Source of the DNA: the human T2T-CHM13v2.0 reference genome, Homo sapiens
Length of the DNA stretch: 64,000 bases
Assembly: GCF_009914755.1 (NCBI RefSeq)
Contig: NC_060936.1
Direction: 5' to 3' (one strand)
The translations under genes were made by a program, and so were the position numbers. Every line of letters starts with the position of its first letter. Position 1 is the first letter of the stretch. Positions 1-14,620 of this stretch are shown here, piece after piece. The notes under the pieces were generated by a model. It ran no database searches and was not told the origin of the DNA. It was given only the letters and a program-made list of their open reading frames with translations.

Positions 1-2155
1 GGAGAAGTGCAGAGTGAAGGAAAAGAAGAGCCCCTTATAAAACCATCTGATCTCGTGAGAACTCATTCACTTTCATGAGAAGAGCATGGAGGTAACCATC
101 TCCATGATTCAATTACCTCCCAATGGGTCCCTGCCATGACACATGGGGATTATGGGAACTGCAGTTCAAGATGAGATTTGGGTGAGGACACAGCCAAACA
201 ATATCATTCTGTCCCTGGCCCCTCTCAAATCTCATGTCCTCACATTTCAAAACACAATTATGCCTTCCCACCAGGCCCCTAAAGTCTTAACTCATTTCAG
301 CATTAACTCAAAAGTCCAAGTCCAAAGTCTCATTTGAGACAAAGCAAGTACCTTCTGCCTATGAGCTGGTAAAATCAAAGCAGATAAGTTGCTTCCTAGG
401 TACAATGGGGAGTACAGGCATTGGGTTAATACACCCATTCCAAATGGGAGAAATTGGCCAAAACAAAGGGGCTACAGGCCCCATGCAAGCCGAAAATCTA
501 ATAGGGCAGTCTTTAAACCTTATTGTTCCAAAATGACCTCCTTTGGCTCCATGTCTCACGTCCAGTTTACACAGATGCAAGAGGTGGGCTCCCATGGTCT
601 TGGGCAGCTCTACCACTGTGGCTTTGCAGGATACAGCTTCCCTTCAGGCTGCTTTTAAGGGCTGGCATTGTGTCTGCAGCTTTTTCAGGCACACAAAGCA
701 AGGTGTTGGTAGGTCTACCATTCTGGGGTATAGAGGATGGTGGGCATCTTCTAACAGCCACACTAGGGAGTGCCCCAGTGGGGACTCTGTGTGGGGGTTC
801 CAACCCTACATTTCCCTTCCACACTGTCCCAGCAGAGGTTCTGCATAAGGGCCCCATCCCTGCAGCAAGCTTCTGCCTAGAAAGTTCCATACATGTTCTG
901 AAATCTTAGCGGAGGTTCCCAAACCTCAATTCTTTACTTCTGTGCATCTACAGGTTCAACACCACATGGAAGCTGCCAAGGCTCGCGGCTTGCAACCTCT
1001 AAAGCCATGGGGCAAGCTGTACCATGGCGTCTTTTAAAAATGGCTGGAGTGTCTGGGACTTGTAGCACCAAGTTTCTGGGCTACACACAGCAGGGGTCCC
1101 TGGGCCCAGCCCACAAAACCAGTACTTCTCTTAGGCCTCTTGTTTTGTGATGGGAGGGGCTGCCACAAAGGTCTCTGACATTCCCTGGAGACATTCTCTC
1201 CATTATCTTGGCAATTAACATTTGTCTTCTCATTACTTATGTAAATTTCTGCAGCTGGCTTGAATTTCTCCGCAGAATATGGGTTTCTTTTCTACTGTAT
1301 CATCAGGCTGCAAATTTTTCAAACTTTTATGCACCACTTCTTCTTGAACACTTTGCCACTTAGAAATTTCTTCCACCAGATACCCTAAATTATCTTTCTC
1401 AAGTTCAAAGTTCCACAGATCTCCAGGGTAGGGGCAAAATGTCACCCAACTCTTTGTATAGCAACAGTGACCTTTACTCCAGCTCCCAACAAGTTCCTCA
1501 TCTCCATCTGAGACCACGTCAGCCTGGACTTTATCATCCATATCACTATCAGCATTTTGTTCAAAGCTATTCAACAAGACTCTTGAAAGTTTCAAACTTT
1601 CCCACATCTTCCTATTTTCTGAGCCCTCCAAGTCTCTAGGAAGTTCCAAAGTTTCCCACATTTTTCTGTCTTCTTCTGAGCCATCCAAACAATTCCAACC
1701 TCTGCCTGTTACCAAATTCCAAGGTTGCTTCCCCATTTTGGGATATCTTTACAGCAGTGCCCCCTTACCTGGTACCTATTTACTGTAGTAGTCCAGTCTC
1801 ACACTGCTAATAAAGACATACTCAAGACTGGTAATTTATAAAGGAAAGAGGTTTAATTGACTTGCAGTTCTGGAGGGCTGGGGAGGCCTGGGTAAACTTA
1901 AAATCACAGCAGAAGGGAAAGCAAACACATCCTTCTGCACATGGCAGCAGCAAGAAGAAGTGCCAAGCAAAGAGGGAGAAAAGCACCTTATAAAACCATC
2001 AGGTCTCATGAGAACTCACTCACTACGAGACAGTGTGGAGATAACCATCCCCATAATTCAGTTACCTCTCACTGGGTCCCTTCCACGACATTTGGGGATG
2101 ATGGGAACTATAGTTTAAGATGAGATTTGGGTGGGGACACAACCAACCCATAACA
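1..2155 (-). mobile_element. THE1 (THE1D-like) MaLR provirus: LTR (1-206, cut by window edge), internal region (207-1783), LTR (1784-2155)
   Basis: Two similar LTRs end in ...gagatttgggtg(a/g)ggacacagccaaacaatatca / ...aacccataaca, the reverse complement of the THE1 5' end. They flank a ~1.6 kb MaLR internal sequence. Confidence 0.9.
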
Positions 2156-2199
2156 CCAAGTATGACCCAAATGCCCCAAATGATAATTAAAAAAAAAAA

Positions 2200-2790
2200 A
2201 TGGTGGAAGGATTTTTATTGCTTTGGGTTTATACCCAGTAATACAATTAATGGGCTGAATGGTAATTTTGTTTTACATTCTCTGATAAACCACCAGACTG
2301 CTTTCTACAATGGCAGAACTAATTTACAATCCCACCAGTAATGTATGAGTGTTCCCTTTTTTTCACCACCTTGTCAGTATCTGTTATTTTTTTACTTGTT
2401 AACAATAGCCATTCTAACTGGTGTGAGATGGTATCTCATTGTAGTTTTGATTTGTATTTCTCTAATAATTAGTGATGTTGAATCATAAGTGAGCCTATGG
2501 AACAGAAAATCAAATACCACATGTTCTCTCTTTTAAGTGGGAGCTAAACATTGAGTACATATGGACACAAATAAGGGAACAAGAGACACTGGGGTCTGCT
2601 TGTGGGTGGAGGGTGAGAGGAGGGTGAAGATACAAAGCTACCTATAAGTGACTATGATTATTACCTGGGTGACAATAAGTCTGTACACCAAACCTGCATA
2701 GCATACAATTTACCTACATAACAAACCTGCACATGTACCCGTGAACCTAAAATAAATGTTAAAACAAAGAAGATAAAGAAAAGGAACAAA
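2200..2790. mobile_element. Old primate L1 (L1PA15/16-like) 3' end, with an inverted 5' segment (~2200-2480 minus, ~2481-2790 plus)
   Basis: Plus part ends with the L1 3'UTR motif aacaaacctgcacatgtacccgtgaacctaaaataaa; the preceding part is antisense L1 ORF2 3' sequence. Confidence 0.7.
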
Positions 2791-2899
2791 TAATAAAATA
2801 TTTTAAAAACTGCATCACCAGAACTTATTTTAAGTGAAATTCAACAGCAAAAGATAAATTAGAAGAATTTCTAAGTCAGACACAGACATAGGCAAATGT

Positions 2900-4110
2900 C
2901 CTATGTATATAAAAAGCTCTTAAAAATTAACAAAAACACCACCAAATGCTGGCAAGAATGAGATAACAGGAATTTTCTTTCATTGCTGGAGGTAATATAA
3001 AATGGTACAGCCATGTTGGAAGACAGAGTCAAAGTTTTTTAAAAGCAAAAGATAGATTTACTGTATGATTAAGCAATCATGCTCCCAGATATTTACCTAA
3101 ATTAATTGGAAACATGTCCACACAAAAAAACCCTGCATTTGAATGTTAAAAAGTGGAAGCATTTAAGATGTCCTTTAATAGGTAAACAAATAATTGAACT
3201 GTGGTACATTCATACAATGGAATATTAGTCATCAATGTATTAGTCCATTCTCAGGATGCTATAAAGAACTACCTGAGACTGGGTAATTTATGAAGAAAAC
3301 AGGATTAATTCATTCACAGTTCAACAGGCTTTACAGGTAGCATGACTGGGAGGCCTCAGGAAACTTACAGTCATGGCACAAGGCGAAGGGGAAACAAAGC
3401 ATATCTTCTCATGGCAACAGGAGAGAGAGAGAGAGAGCGCAAAAGTGGAAGTACCACACACTTCTAAACCATCAGATCTCATAACTCACTCACTATCTTG
3501 AGACCAGAAAGGGGGAAATCCACCCCCCATAATCCAGTCATCTCCCACCAGGCCCCTCCTCCAATTTGGCATGATATTTGGGCAGAGACACAAATCCAAA
3601 TCACATCAATCAATTAAAAAAAAATGAGCTATCAATCTACAAAAAGAAAGAAAGGAAAATTAAATGTGTAAATAAAAGAAGGCAGCCTACAAAGCTTCAG
3701 ATTGTATAATTTTAACTGTATAACTTTGTAGAAAAGGCAAAACAATGGGCAATGAAAAGATCAGTTGTTTCTTGGGGCTCAGTGGGGAAAAGGAATGGAT
3801 GAATAGGTCTGAATAGGTCTGACACAAGACATTTTTTGGGCTAGTGAAACTATTCTATATGATATTATAATGTTGCATCATAATATGCATTTGCCAAACC
3901 TTTGGAAATTTACAACATAGAAAGTGAACTCTAATGTAAAATATGGACTTAATAATGTATCGGTATTCTTTCATCATTTGGAACAAATGTGCTGTACTAA
4001 TACAAGGGGTTAATGATAGGAGAAACTGTGCGTATGTTGGGCAGGGAGCCCTCCATACTTTCTGTACAGTTTTCTGTAAAACTAAAATTGCTATAAGATA
4101 TAGGAACTAG
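2900..4110 (+). mobile_element. Old mammalian L1 (L1MC-like) 3' region interrupted by an MSTA solo LTR
   Basis: Degenerate L1 3' motifs (aactgtggtacattcatacaatggaatat; gtgaactctaatgtaaaatatggactt). Confidence 0.6.
3236..3608 (-). mobile_element. MSTA solo LTR (MaLR) with 5-bp TSD ATCAA
   Basis: tgtattagtccattctc...cacatca; ATCAA at 3231-3235 and 3609-3613. Confidence 0.85.
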
Positions 4111-4806
4111 TAAAGAAAAAAAATCATCAAACATTTTCCAAAAAAGTCACTAGAGGTTATGAAACATGAAAATATGAACATCATTTTTTTATTCATTGAC
4201 AATAAGAGAATTGCAATTAAAAGTCACCCAGATTGTCAACAAAGGTGTTGATTGGAGATTGTGTTTGCAAAGTAAATGACTTTGAGCCAGTGGGAGTACT
4301 TCTAGGAATTTATCCTCTAGCAAGCTATATTCCCAAAATACTGAAAACAATGTAAATATCAATCAATAAGTTATCAAATAGTGACACATGCAGGCAAATG
4401 AATATTCTGAGTTCTTAAAAAAAGAAGAAACGAGATATGTATTTTCTAATATGGACCCTATTCACAATATATTGTTACATTAAAAAAAAGGACAAAGCAG
4501 GAAGAATACGTGGAGCATGCTATTGTTTATGTAAAGTGGGGAATGTTTCTTAGTTCAGGTGAAATCCCTGGAGAAAACTCCCTGGGTCAAATTTACTAGA
4601 ACCTTCTCTTACTTAATATGTAAATTCACTATCAAACATTCCCAACAAGTAATGATCCAGCTTTTCCTGGAATTGTAGTAAAGCAGCATTCACTACCCCA
4701 CATTCTCCTAACTTTAAGTCTTATTATATAAAATGTCTTCCTAAATGGTAGATTTTATTTCCACGAATAAAAGTATGGAAAGAAATAAAAAAGCAACACT
4801 TACTAA

Positions 4807-5147
<341 letters not shown>

Positions 5148-5381
5148 GAAAGTGTTTATTTTTATTTGGAATTATAACTCATTTTAGGACAACTGTCAAG
5201 ATGCTCCTCAGAATCTCCCCAAAGCAATGATCACCAAGTCCAAGCATTAACATCACATTTTAGGATAGCATTACTTTAGTTACTTTAGTTTCAGTATGAA
5301 AAGACTTCTAAAACAATTTTTTAAAAAACCCATATTAGTTTCTTTTCCTTTAGTGAAGGTTTTGGTAGAACTAAAAGGAAA

Positions 5382-5409
5382 TGTGTGTGTGTGTGTGTGT
5401 GTGTGTGTT
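5382..5409. repeat. (TG)n microsatellite
   Basis: Direct reading. Confidence 0.9.
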
Positions 5410-5617
5410 GTGTACACCCACACATATATATGTATGTGTGTATGTAAGTGGGAAGCAACAGAAGAGGTCAGAGGGATGTGATGTGAGAACGACTATGCAT
5501 ATTGTTGCCGGTTTTGAAGTTGAAGGAAACGGCCCAGAAGCCAAGGAATGTAGGTCGCCTCTAGAAGTGGGAAAAGACAAGGAAACAGGTTGTAGAGCTT
5601 ACAGAAAAAAAATGCAG

Positions 5618-5930
5618 GGCTAGGCGCGGTGGCTTATACCTGTAATCTCAGCACTTTGGGAGGCCAAGGAAGGTGGATCACTTGAGGTCAGGAGTTAGAG
5701 ACCAGCTTGGCCAACATGGTGAGACCCCGTCTCTACTAAAAAATACAAAAATTAGCCTGGCATGGTGGCAGGTGCCTGTAATCCCAACTACTCAGGATGC
5801 TGAGGTAGGAGAATCACGGGAACCTGGGAGGTGGACGTAGCAGTGAGCCAAGATCTTGCCACTGTAGTCTAGCATGGGCAACAGAGTGAGACTCCATCTC
5901 AAAAATAAATAAATAATAAAATAAAATAAA
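5618..5930 (+). mobile_element. AluS (Sx/Sz-like) inserted in an MLT1 LTR relic (~5440-5990)
   Basis: ggctaggcgcggtggct...actccatctc plus A-rich tail; flanks aaaaatgcag / aagatgcag. Confidence 0.88.
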
Positions 5931-6239
5931 AAGATGCAGCTCTATCAATACCTTGATTTTAGCCAATTAAGGCAAGTGTTAGGCTTCTGACATCCAGTGC
6001 ATGCTTCAAGCTTATCTCATACACCCTTTCTTCAAAAGTTTGCACCACTTCAGCCAGCTAGAAATAACCATCCCTCTTTACAACTCTCCTGGCATATTGT
6101 AGCTGACACATGGCCCTTACTACTTTTATTTTAGTCACCTGTGTTCACTGCTGGATTGGTTAAAGTGGACATTTTTAAAAGAGCAGTTATTTGCCAATTA
6201 ATACAACAGTTAAATGGTTATCTTATGATTATTAAAGGA

Positions 6240-6413
6240 CTTTATTTTTTAGAATAGTTTTAGAATCGCAGTACAATTGAGGAGAAAGCACAGAGATTTC
6301 CCATATCCTGCCTGCTCCCACACATGCATAGCCTTGCCCGTTATCAACATCTCCCATCAGGGTGGTAGATTTGTTACAATTGACAACCCATATTGACATA
6401 TCTTTATCACTCA
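6240..6413 (-). mobile_element. L1MC-type 3' terminal fragment
   Basis: ttttagaatagttttaga...cacagagatttcccatatc...tttgttacaattgac resembles the L1MC 3' end. Confidence 0.65.
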
Positions 6414-6416
6414 TGG

Positions 6417-9118
<2,702 letters not shown>

Positions 9119-9181
9119 TGTGATGTTAGCTGGTTATTTTGCTCATTAGTTGATGCAGTTTCTTCCTAGCCTCGATGGCCT

Positions 9182-10198
9182 TTACAATTTGGCATGATTT
9201 TTCAGTGGCTGGTACTGGTTGTTCCTTTCCATGTTTAGTGCTTCCTTCAGGAGCTCTTTTAGGGCAGGCCTGGTGGTGACAAAATCTCTCAGCATTTGCT
9301 TATCTGTAAAGTATTTTATTTCTCCTTCACTTATGAAGCTTAGTTTGGCTGGATATGAAATTCTGGGTTGAAAATTCTTTTCTTTAAGAATGTTGAATAT
9401 TGGCCCCCATGCTCTTCTGGCTTGTAGAGTTTCTGCTGAGAGATCAGCTGTTAGTCTGATGGGCTTCCCTTTGTGGGTAACCTGACCTTCCTCTCTGGCT
9501 GCCCTTAACATTTTTTCCTTCATTTCAACTTTGGTGAATCTGACAATTATGTGTCTTGGAGTTGCTCTTCTCGAGGAGTATCTTTGTGGCGTTCTCTGTA
9601 TTTCCTGAATCTGAATGTTGGCCTGCCTTGCTAGATTGGGGAAGTTCTCCTGGACAACATCTTGCAGAGTGTTTTCCAACTTGGTTCCATTCGCCCTGTC
9701 ACTTTCAGGTATACCAATCAGACGTAGATTTGGTCTTTTCACATAGTCCCATATTTCTTGGAGGCTTTGTTCGTTTCTTTCTATTCTTTTTTCTCTAAAC
9801 TTCCCTTCTCGCTTCATTTCATTCATTTCATCTTCCATCACTGATACCCTTTTTTCCAGTTGATCGCATCGGCTCCTGAGGCTTCTGCATTCTTCACGTA
9901 GTTCTCGAGCCTTGGCTTTCAGCTCCATCAGCTCCTTTAAGCACTTCTCTGTATTGGTTATTCTAGTTATACATTCGTCTAAATTTTTTTCAAAGTTTTC
10001 AACTTCTTTGCCTTTGGTTTGAATTTGCTCCTGTAGCTCAGAGTAGTTTGATCGTCTGAAGCCTTCTTCTCTCAACTCGTTGAAGTCATTCTCCATCCAG
10101 CTTTGTTCCGTTGCTGGTGAGGAACTGCGTTCCTTTGGAGGAGGATTGGCGCTCTGCTTTTTAGAGTTTCCAGTTTTTCTGCTCTGTTTTTTCCCCAT
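9182..10198 (-). CDS. LINE-1 ORF1p (338 aa, full length, uninterrupted)
   Basis: MGKKQSRKTGNSK...YPAKLSF...KELLKEALNMERNNQYQPLKNHAKL; canonical 338-aa length. Confidence 0.9.
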   Translation of the reverse strand: MGKKQSRKTGNSKKQSANPPPKERSSSPATEQSWMENDFNELREEGFRRSNYSELQEQIQTKGKEVENFEKNLDECITRITNTEKCLKELMELKAKARELREECRSLRSRCDQLEKRVSVMEDEMNEMKREGKFREKRIERNEQSLQEIWDYVKRPNLRLIGIPESDRANGTKLENTLQDVVQENFPNLARQANIQIQEIQRTPQRYSSRRATPRHIIVRFTKVEMKEKMLRAAREEGQVTHKGKPIRLTADLSAETLQARRAWGPIFNILKEKNFQPRISYPAKLSFISEGEIKYFTDKQMLRDFVTTRPALKELLKEALNMERNNQYQPLKNHAKL

Positions 10199-10780
10199 CT
10201 TTGTGGTTTTATCTACTTTTGGTCTTTGATGATGGTGATGTACAGATGGGTTTTTGGTGTGGATGTGCTTTCTGTTTGTTAGTTTTCCTTCTAACAGACA
10301 GGACCCTCAGCTGCAGGTCTGTTGGAGTTTGCTAGAGGTCCACTCCAGACCCTGTTTACCTGGGTATCAGCAGCGGTGGCTGCAGAAGAGCAGATTTTCG
10401 TGAACCGAGAGTGCTGCTGTCTGATCATTCCTCTGGAAGTTTTGTCTCAGAGGAGTACCCGGCTGTGTGAAGTGTCAGTCTTCCCCTACAGGGGGTGCCT
10501 CCCAGTTAGGCTGCTCAGGGGTCAGGGGTCAGGGACCCAGTTGAGGAGGCAGTCTGCCCGTTCTCAGATCTCCAGCTGCGTGGTGGGAGAACCACTGCTC
10601 TCTTCAAAGCTGTCAGACAGGGACATTTAAGTCTGCAGAGGTTACTGCTGTCTTTTTGTTTGTCTGTGCCCTGCCCCCAGAGGTGGAGCCTACAGAGGCA
10701 GGCAGGCCTCCTTGAGCTGTGGTGGGCTCCACCCAGTTCGAGCTTCCCAGCTGGTTTGTTTACCTAAGCAATCCTGGGCA

Positions 10781-11263
10781 ATGGCGGGCGCCCCTCCTCC
10801 AGCCTCGCTGCCACCTTGCAGTTTGATCTCAGACTGCTGTGCTAGCAATCAGGGAGACTCCGTGGGTGTAGGACCCTCCGAGCCAGGTGCGGGATATAAT
10901 CTCCTGGTGCGCCGTTTTTTAAGCCCGTCAGAAAAGCGCAGTATTAGGGTGGGAGTGACCCGATTTTCCAGGTGCCGTCTGTCACCCCTTTCTTTGACTA
11001 GGAAAGGGAGCTCCCTGATCCATTGCCCTTCCCGAGTGAGGCAATGCCTCACCCTGCTTTGGCTCACGCACGGTGTGCTGCACCCACTGTCCTGTGCCCA
11101 CTGTCTGGCACTCCCTAGTGAGATGAACCCGGTACCTCAGATGGAAATGCAGAAATCACCAGTCTTCTGCGTCGCTCATGCTAGGAGCTGTAGCCCGGAG
11201 CTCTTCCTATTCGGCCATCTTGGCTGCTCTCCGATGATGTCTTTATTTCAACTTGACTTTTGA
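10781..11263 (+). CDS. LINE-1 ORF0-type antisense ORF (extended, 160 aa)
   Basis: MAGAPPPASLPPCSLISDCCASNQGDSVGVGPSEPG... matches the primate L1 ORF0 N-terminus and reads out past the L1 5' end. Translation not shown. Confidence 0.55.
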   Translation: MAGAPPPASLPPCSLISDCCASNQGDSVGVGPSEPGAGYNLLVRRFLSPSEKRSIRVGVTRFSRCRLSPLSLTRKGSSLIHCPSRVRQCLTLLWLTHGVLHPLSCAHCLALPSEMNPVPQMEMQKSPVFCVAHARSCSPELFLFGHLGCSPMMSLFQLDF

Positions 11264-12300
11264 GAGATAATTGCACAGGGTACATAATTGTAAGTTGGAG
11301 GTGTTTTTCTCTCAACACTTTGAATATTTCAGTCCACTCTCTTCTGGAGTGCATGGTTTCTGAAGAGAAGTCTGATGTAATCTTTTGCTCCTCTATACAT
11401 AAGGTTTGTTTTTTTTTCTGGCTTCTTACAGGATGTTTTCTTCATCTTTGATTTTCTACAGTCTGAAAATAACAAACCTATGCATAATTTTTCTGGCAAT
11501 TTTCCTTCTTGGTGTTTTCTGAGCTTCCTGGGTCTGTAGTTTAGTGTCTGACATTCATTCAAGAAAAATTTTCAGTGCTTTTTAGTTCAAATATTTATTT
11601 TGTTCCTTTCTTTCTCCCTTTCAAGTATTTCCATTATACACACGTAGTTATCACAAAGTTCTTGGCTATCCTTTTTTTTTTTCCTCTAGTCTTACTTTTC
11701 TTTGCTTTTAATTTTGGAGGTTTGTATTGGGATATACTTAGAGATAGTTTCCTCAGCTGTAATCTACCTAACAATAAAAAAATTAAGGTATTTGTCATAT
11801 CTGTTACAGTATTTTTTAATCTTTAGTGATTCTTTTTGGCTCTTAGAATTTTTATCTCCTTGCTTACATTGCTCCCCTGTTCTTGCATGCTCTCTACATT
11901 ATTCATTAGAGCCCTTAGCAAATTAATAATAGTTGTTTTAAATTTCCATTTTGATAATTCCAACGTCCGTTATATACCTGGATCTGGCTTTAAGTCTTAT
12001 TCTTTTCAGACTGTGTTTATTGCCTTTTAGTATGAGACTTGCAATTTTTTCTTGACAGCCAGACAAAATGTACTGGGTAAAAGGAATGGCTGTATTTAAG
12101 GGTTTATTAATGTGGTGTAAGGTGCTGGAGAAAAAGTAGCATTCAACAGTTCTATGATAAGGTCTCAATCTTTTACCGAGCCTGTACCTGTGGATTGTGA
12201 ACTTCGAACTTCCTTCTCAGTTTCTGTCTCCTGCCCTTATGTAGAATGAGAGGGTTTGAGAGGTCTGGAGATGTATATTTTTCTCCATCCCAGAGGAAGG
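11233..12300 (-). mobile_element. Old L1M ORF1/5' relic
   Basis: Degenerate L1 ORF1-like antisense sequence (ccactctcttctggagtgcatggtttctgaagagaagtctgatgt). Confidence 0.6.
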
Positions 12301-12527
12301 CTAGAGAAAGCCGGAGTTTAGTTTCTGTAGCTTTGCATTTAAAAAAAAAAAAAACAATAGGAAAGTTTTTTATTCCCCAATGAAAAGAATAAACAGAATT
12401 GCTTTCTTAATATTTGTATGTATAACTTCTGTTTTTTTTTTCTTTTAAGGTCTGCATACTGGGGAGAAAAAAATGTAAAATATTTTACACAATTTAATAA
12501 TCTATTTTCTTTATTCTCTTTTCACAG

Positions 12528-12726
12528 AAGAGCCTTCTTCGGCTTGAAGGTAGCCCTAATATTTCCAGTACTTGTTTTACTTACTGTATTTATTTTTGTT
12601 GTAAGGAAAAAATCCCATGGAAAGGATACCAAAGTATTAGAAAATGAAAGACAAGTAATGGATGAAGCAAACTTAGAATTCTTAAACGACAGTGAACATT
12701 TTGTACCTTCTGCTGAAGAACAGTAA
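12528..12726 (+). CDS. SLCO1B7: SLCO1B7 (OATP1B7/LST-3TM12) terminal coding exon: last TM helix and C-tail
   Basis: Acceptor ttattctcttttcacag|A (phase 2); encodes RAFFGLKVALIFPVLVLLTVFIFVVRKKSHGKDTKVLENERQVMDEANLEFLNDSEHFVPSAEEQ*. The OATP1B-family motif VMDEANLE.LN..HFVPSA is present with the SLCO1B7-type end. Confidence 0.93.
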
Positions 12727-13350
12727 AGCATGTAATTAAGAGGAGGAAAAAAATAATTTTGCTGCTGTTTCCAACTAATGTATTGATTCCATAAGACGTT
12801 ATTTTTGTGGTGTTCTGAGTCTTTTCACTGAGAATTCCCACATTCTTCACTTATGATGCAACAATGAATAAGCCTATGAATTTATAATGAAACAAACTAT
12901 AAAAAATGGTACCCATGGTTAGGACATAGCTACACAAGCATTTGTAGTTTAGAATATATAATTCATAAAAATTTGAAGTGAGAGGAATAGTTAATATGTA
13001 ATAGAAGAAAAAGTACTTGCTCAGGTAGTTGTAACTCTTAATAAAACCAATGACTAGAATACAAGTGGAAGTAAAAAGGTGGAGATAGATTAATAGCCTA
13101 AATAACGAGAGAACCTTATGCCTTTTTTAAAACAAAACAAAACCATTGAGACATTTTACTTAGTCCTAAAATCTAGCCTGGATTTATGCTATAATGATAT
13201 CTATTTTTCATGTTAAATTGTACATTACTCAGAAATTATAAATATTATTACTTTATAATTTGAAATTGTGTTTGCTAGCCACCTTGATGTATTTTCTTCC
13301 AAACTCCCATTAAGATACTATTGAAAAAATAGAAATAGTCAAATATTTGC
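12727..13350 (+). other. SLCO1B7: SLCO1B7 3'UTR, homologous to the SLCO1B1/1B3 3'UTR
   Basis: Blocks such as gttatttttg, ctttcactgagaatt and aataagcctatgaa match the SLCO1B1 3'UTR as recalled. Confidence 0.7.
13040..13045 (+). terminator. AATAAA polyadenylation signal candidate for SLCO1B7
   Basis: First AATAAA after the stop; the distal paralogous site near 13328 reads AATAGA. Confidence 0.55.
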
Positions 13351-13559
13351 AAGGTATAATTGTTAGGCAACATATTATAGCATGTGTTAAGTTTCTGCTA
13401 GGCCTATGGAAATTTTTTTTTTTATTTTTGTTCCATTTTTATTCACTTTGAGGAAGTGTTGCCTTTTTTTTTGATGTACTTAAATGGCTAAAATAAAAAA
13501 GACAATCACAAGAAAAAAAAAGAAGAAAAAATAAAAATGAAAATAAAAATAAAATATCC

Positions 13560-13889
13560 ATCAATTTTAATTTCACTCCAGTTAGAGAAAGTAAAAGCTC
13601 TGGTCTTAGATACATCTCTTGTATTTCATCTGTAGTGAGAAGAAAGAACACTCTTCATTGGCAATTATCAAATTATTTGTTTGAAGAGCATTTTTCCACA
13701 TTCAGCTCCCCATCTTCTTGCATAAGGAAATGGTTTAAGAAAAGCTGACTTTGACTTGAGAAACAAAATCCATTGATAAGATGTGTCTTCATTGCATCTG
13801 TCTGTTCTCTGGGAGAAATAAAATCTGTGTCACTCTCTTGCATACTTGTTTGTTGGTTCATCATGCACAAAAAGATATCTTCCAGATCT
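13560..13889 (-). pseudogene. Relic exon E10 (phase 2 start)
   Basis: ttccctatttcttgcctggcttgtag|; DLEDIFLCMMNQQ...VEKCSSNK* (71 codons open to 13673). The same frame continues FDNCQ*RVFFLLTTDEIQEMYLRPELLLSLTGVKLKLMDI into an A-rich tract. Confidence 0.65.
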
Positions 13890-14075
13890 CTACAAGCCAG
13901 GCAAGAAATAGGGAAAATGAGATCAAATATTGAAATATTGCATTTTCTAGTAGGAACAACTCTACTGTAATGAATGCTAGAGGTTGTAGTTTCTTATTCT
14001 TAATTGATTTAAATTTTTTTTGTATCAGAGTCAAGTGTAAAAATATATTTTCAACAAATATAATTATAGACCTAC

Positions 14076-14189
14076 TTTAGAGATTCTGAATTCAAGCATT
14101 TGTGATATAGCTTGGACATCTTTAAAAAATTCCACATGATGTTAGTATTCCTTGATAGACAGAAAGCCATGTGATAAGACAAGGTATGC
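14076..14189 (-). pseudogene. Relic exon E9 (114 nt, phase 2-2)
   Basis: actttgctatactcag| ... aaa|gtaggt; HTLSYHMAFCLSRNTNIMWNFLKMSKLYHKCLNSESLK, open. Confidence 0.65.
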
Positions 14190-14249
14190 CTGAGTATAGC
14201 AAAGTCACACAAAATAAATATTACTAGAATCTGGGAAATGGCCTGAAAG

Positions 14250-14620
14250 TTATATATATACATACACAAATACCTATATATGTAATTTCCTATATATATA
14301 CACACACACACATAAATGTAACTTCATATATATACACACACATATATATACACACACACATATATATGTAACTTCTGGTGTGTGTGTCTATGTATATATA
14401 CACACACACATATACATACACACTTATATAAAAAAGTATTAATTTATATAATTAATATATGTATTAATGTTTCCCCAGTCTGTAAACTGGAGAAAAGATA
14501 CATTAATTACACAAACAGAAACTTGAGGAAAACCACACATTTGCTAGGTTTGTAGGTGTCATATAAAAAATCTGATGGGATCATACACACGCACACATAA
14601 ACACACATACACATATAATT
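14250..14620. repeat. (TA)/(CA) low-complexity tracts
   Basis: Direct reading. Confidence 0.8.

Noticed and set aside
143-1736. Several 60-170 aa ORFs in the first 2 kb
   Set aside because: They lie in THE1 LTR/internal sequence; typical degenerate MaLR frames, not host genes.
12418-12527. N-terminal extension of the 102-aa ORF before the SLCO1B7 exon
   Set aside because: Intronic polypyrimidine tract read in frame by chance; the real exon begins at 12528.
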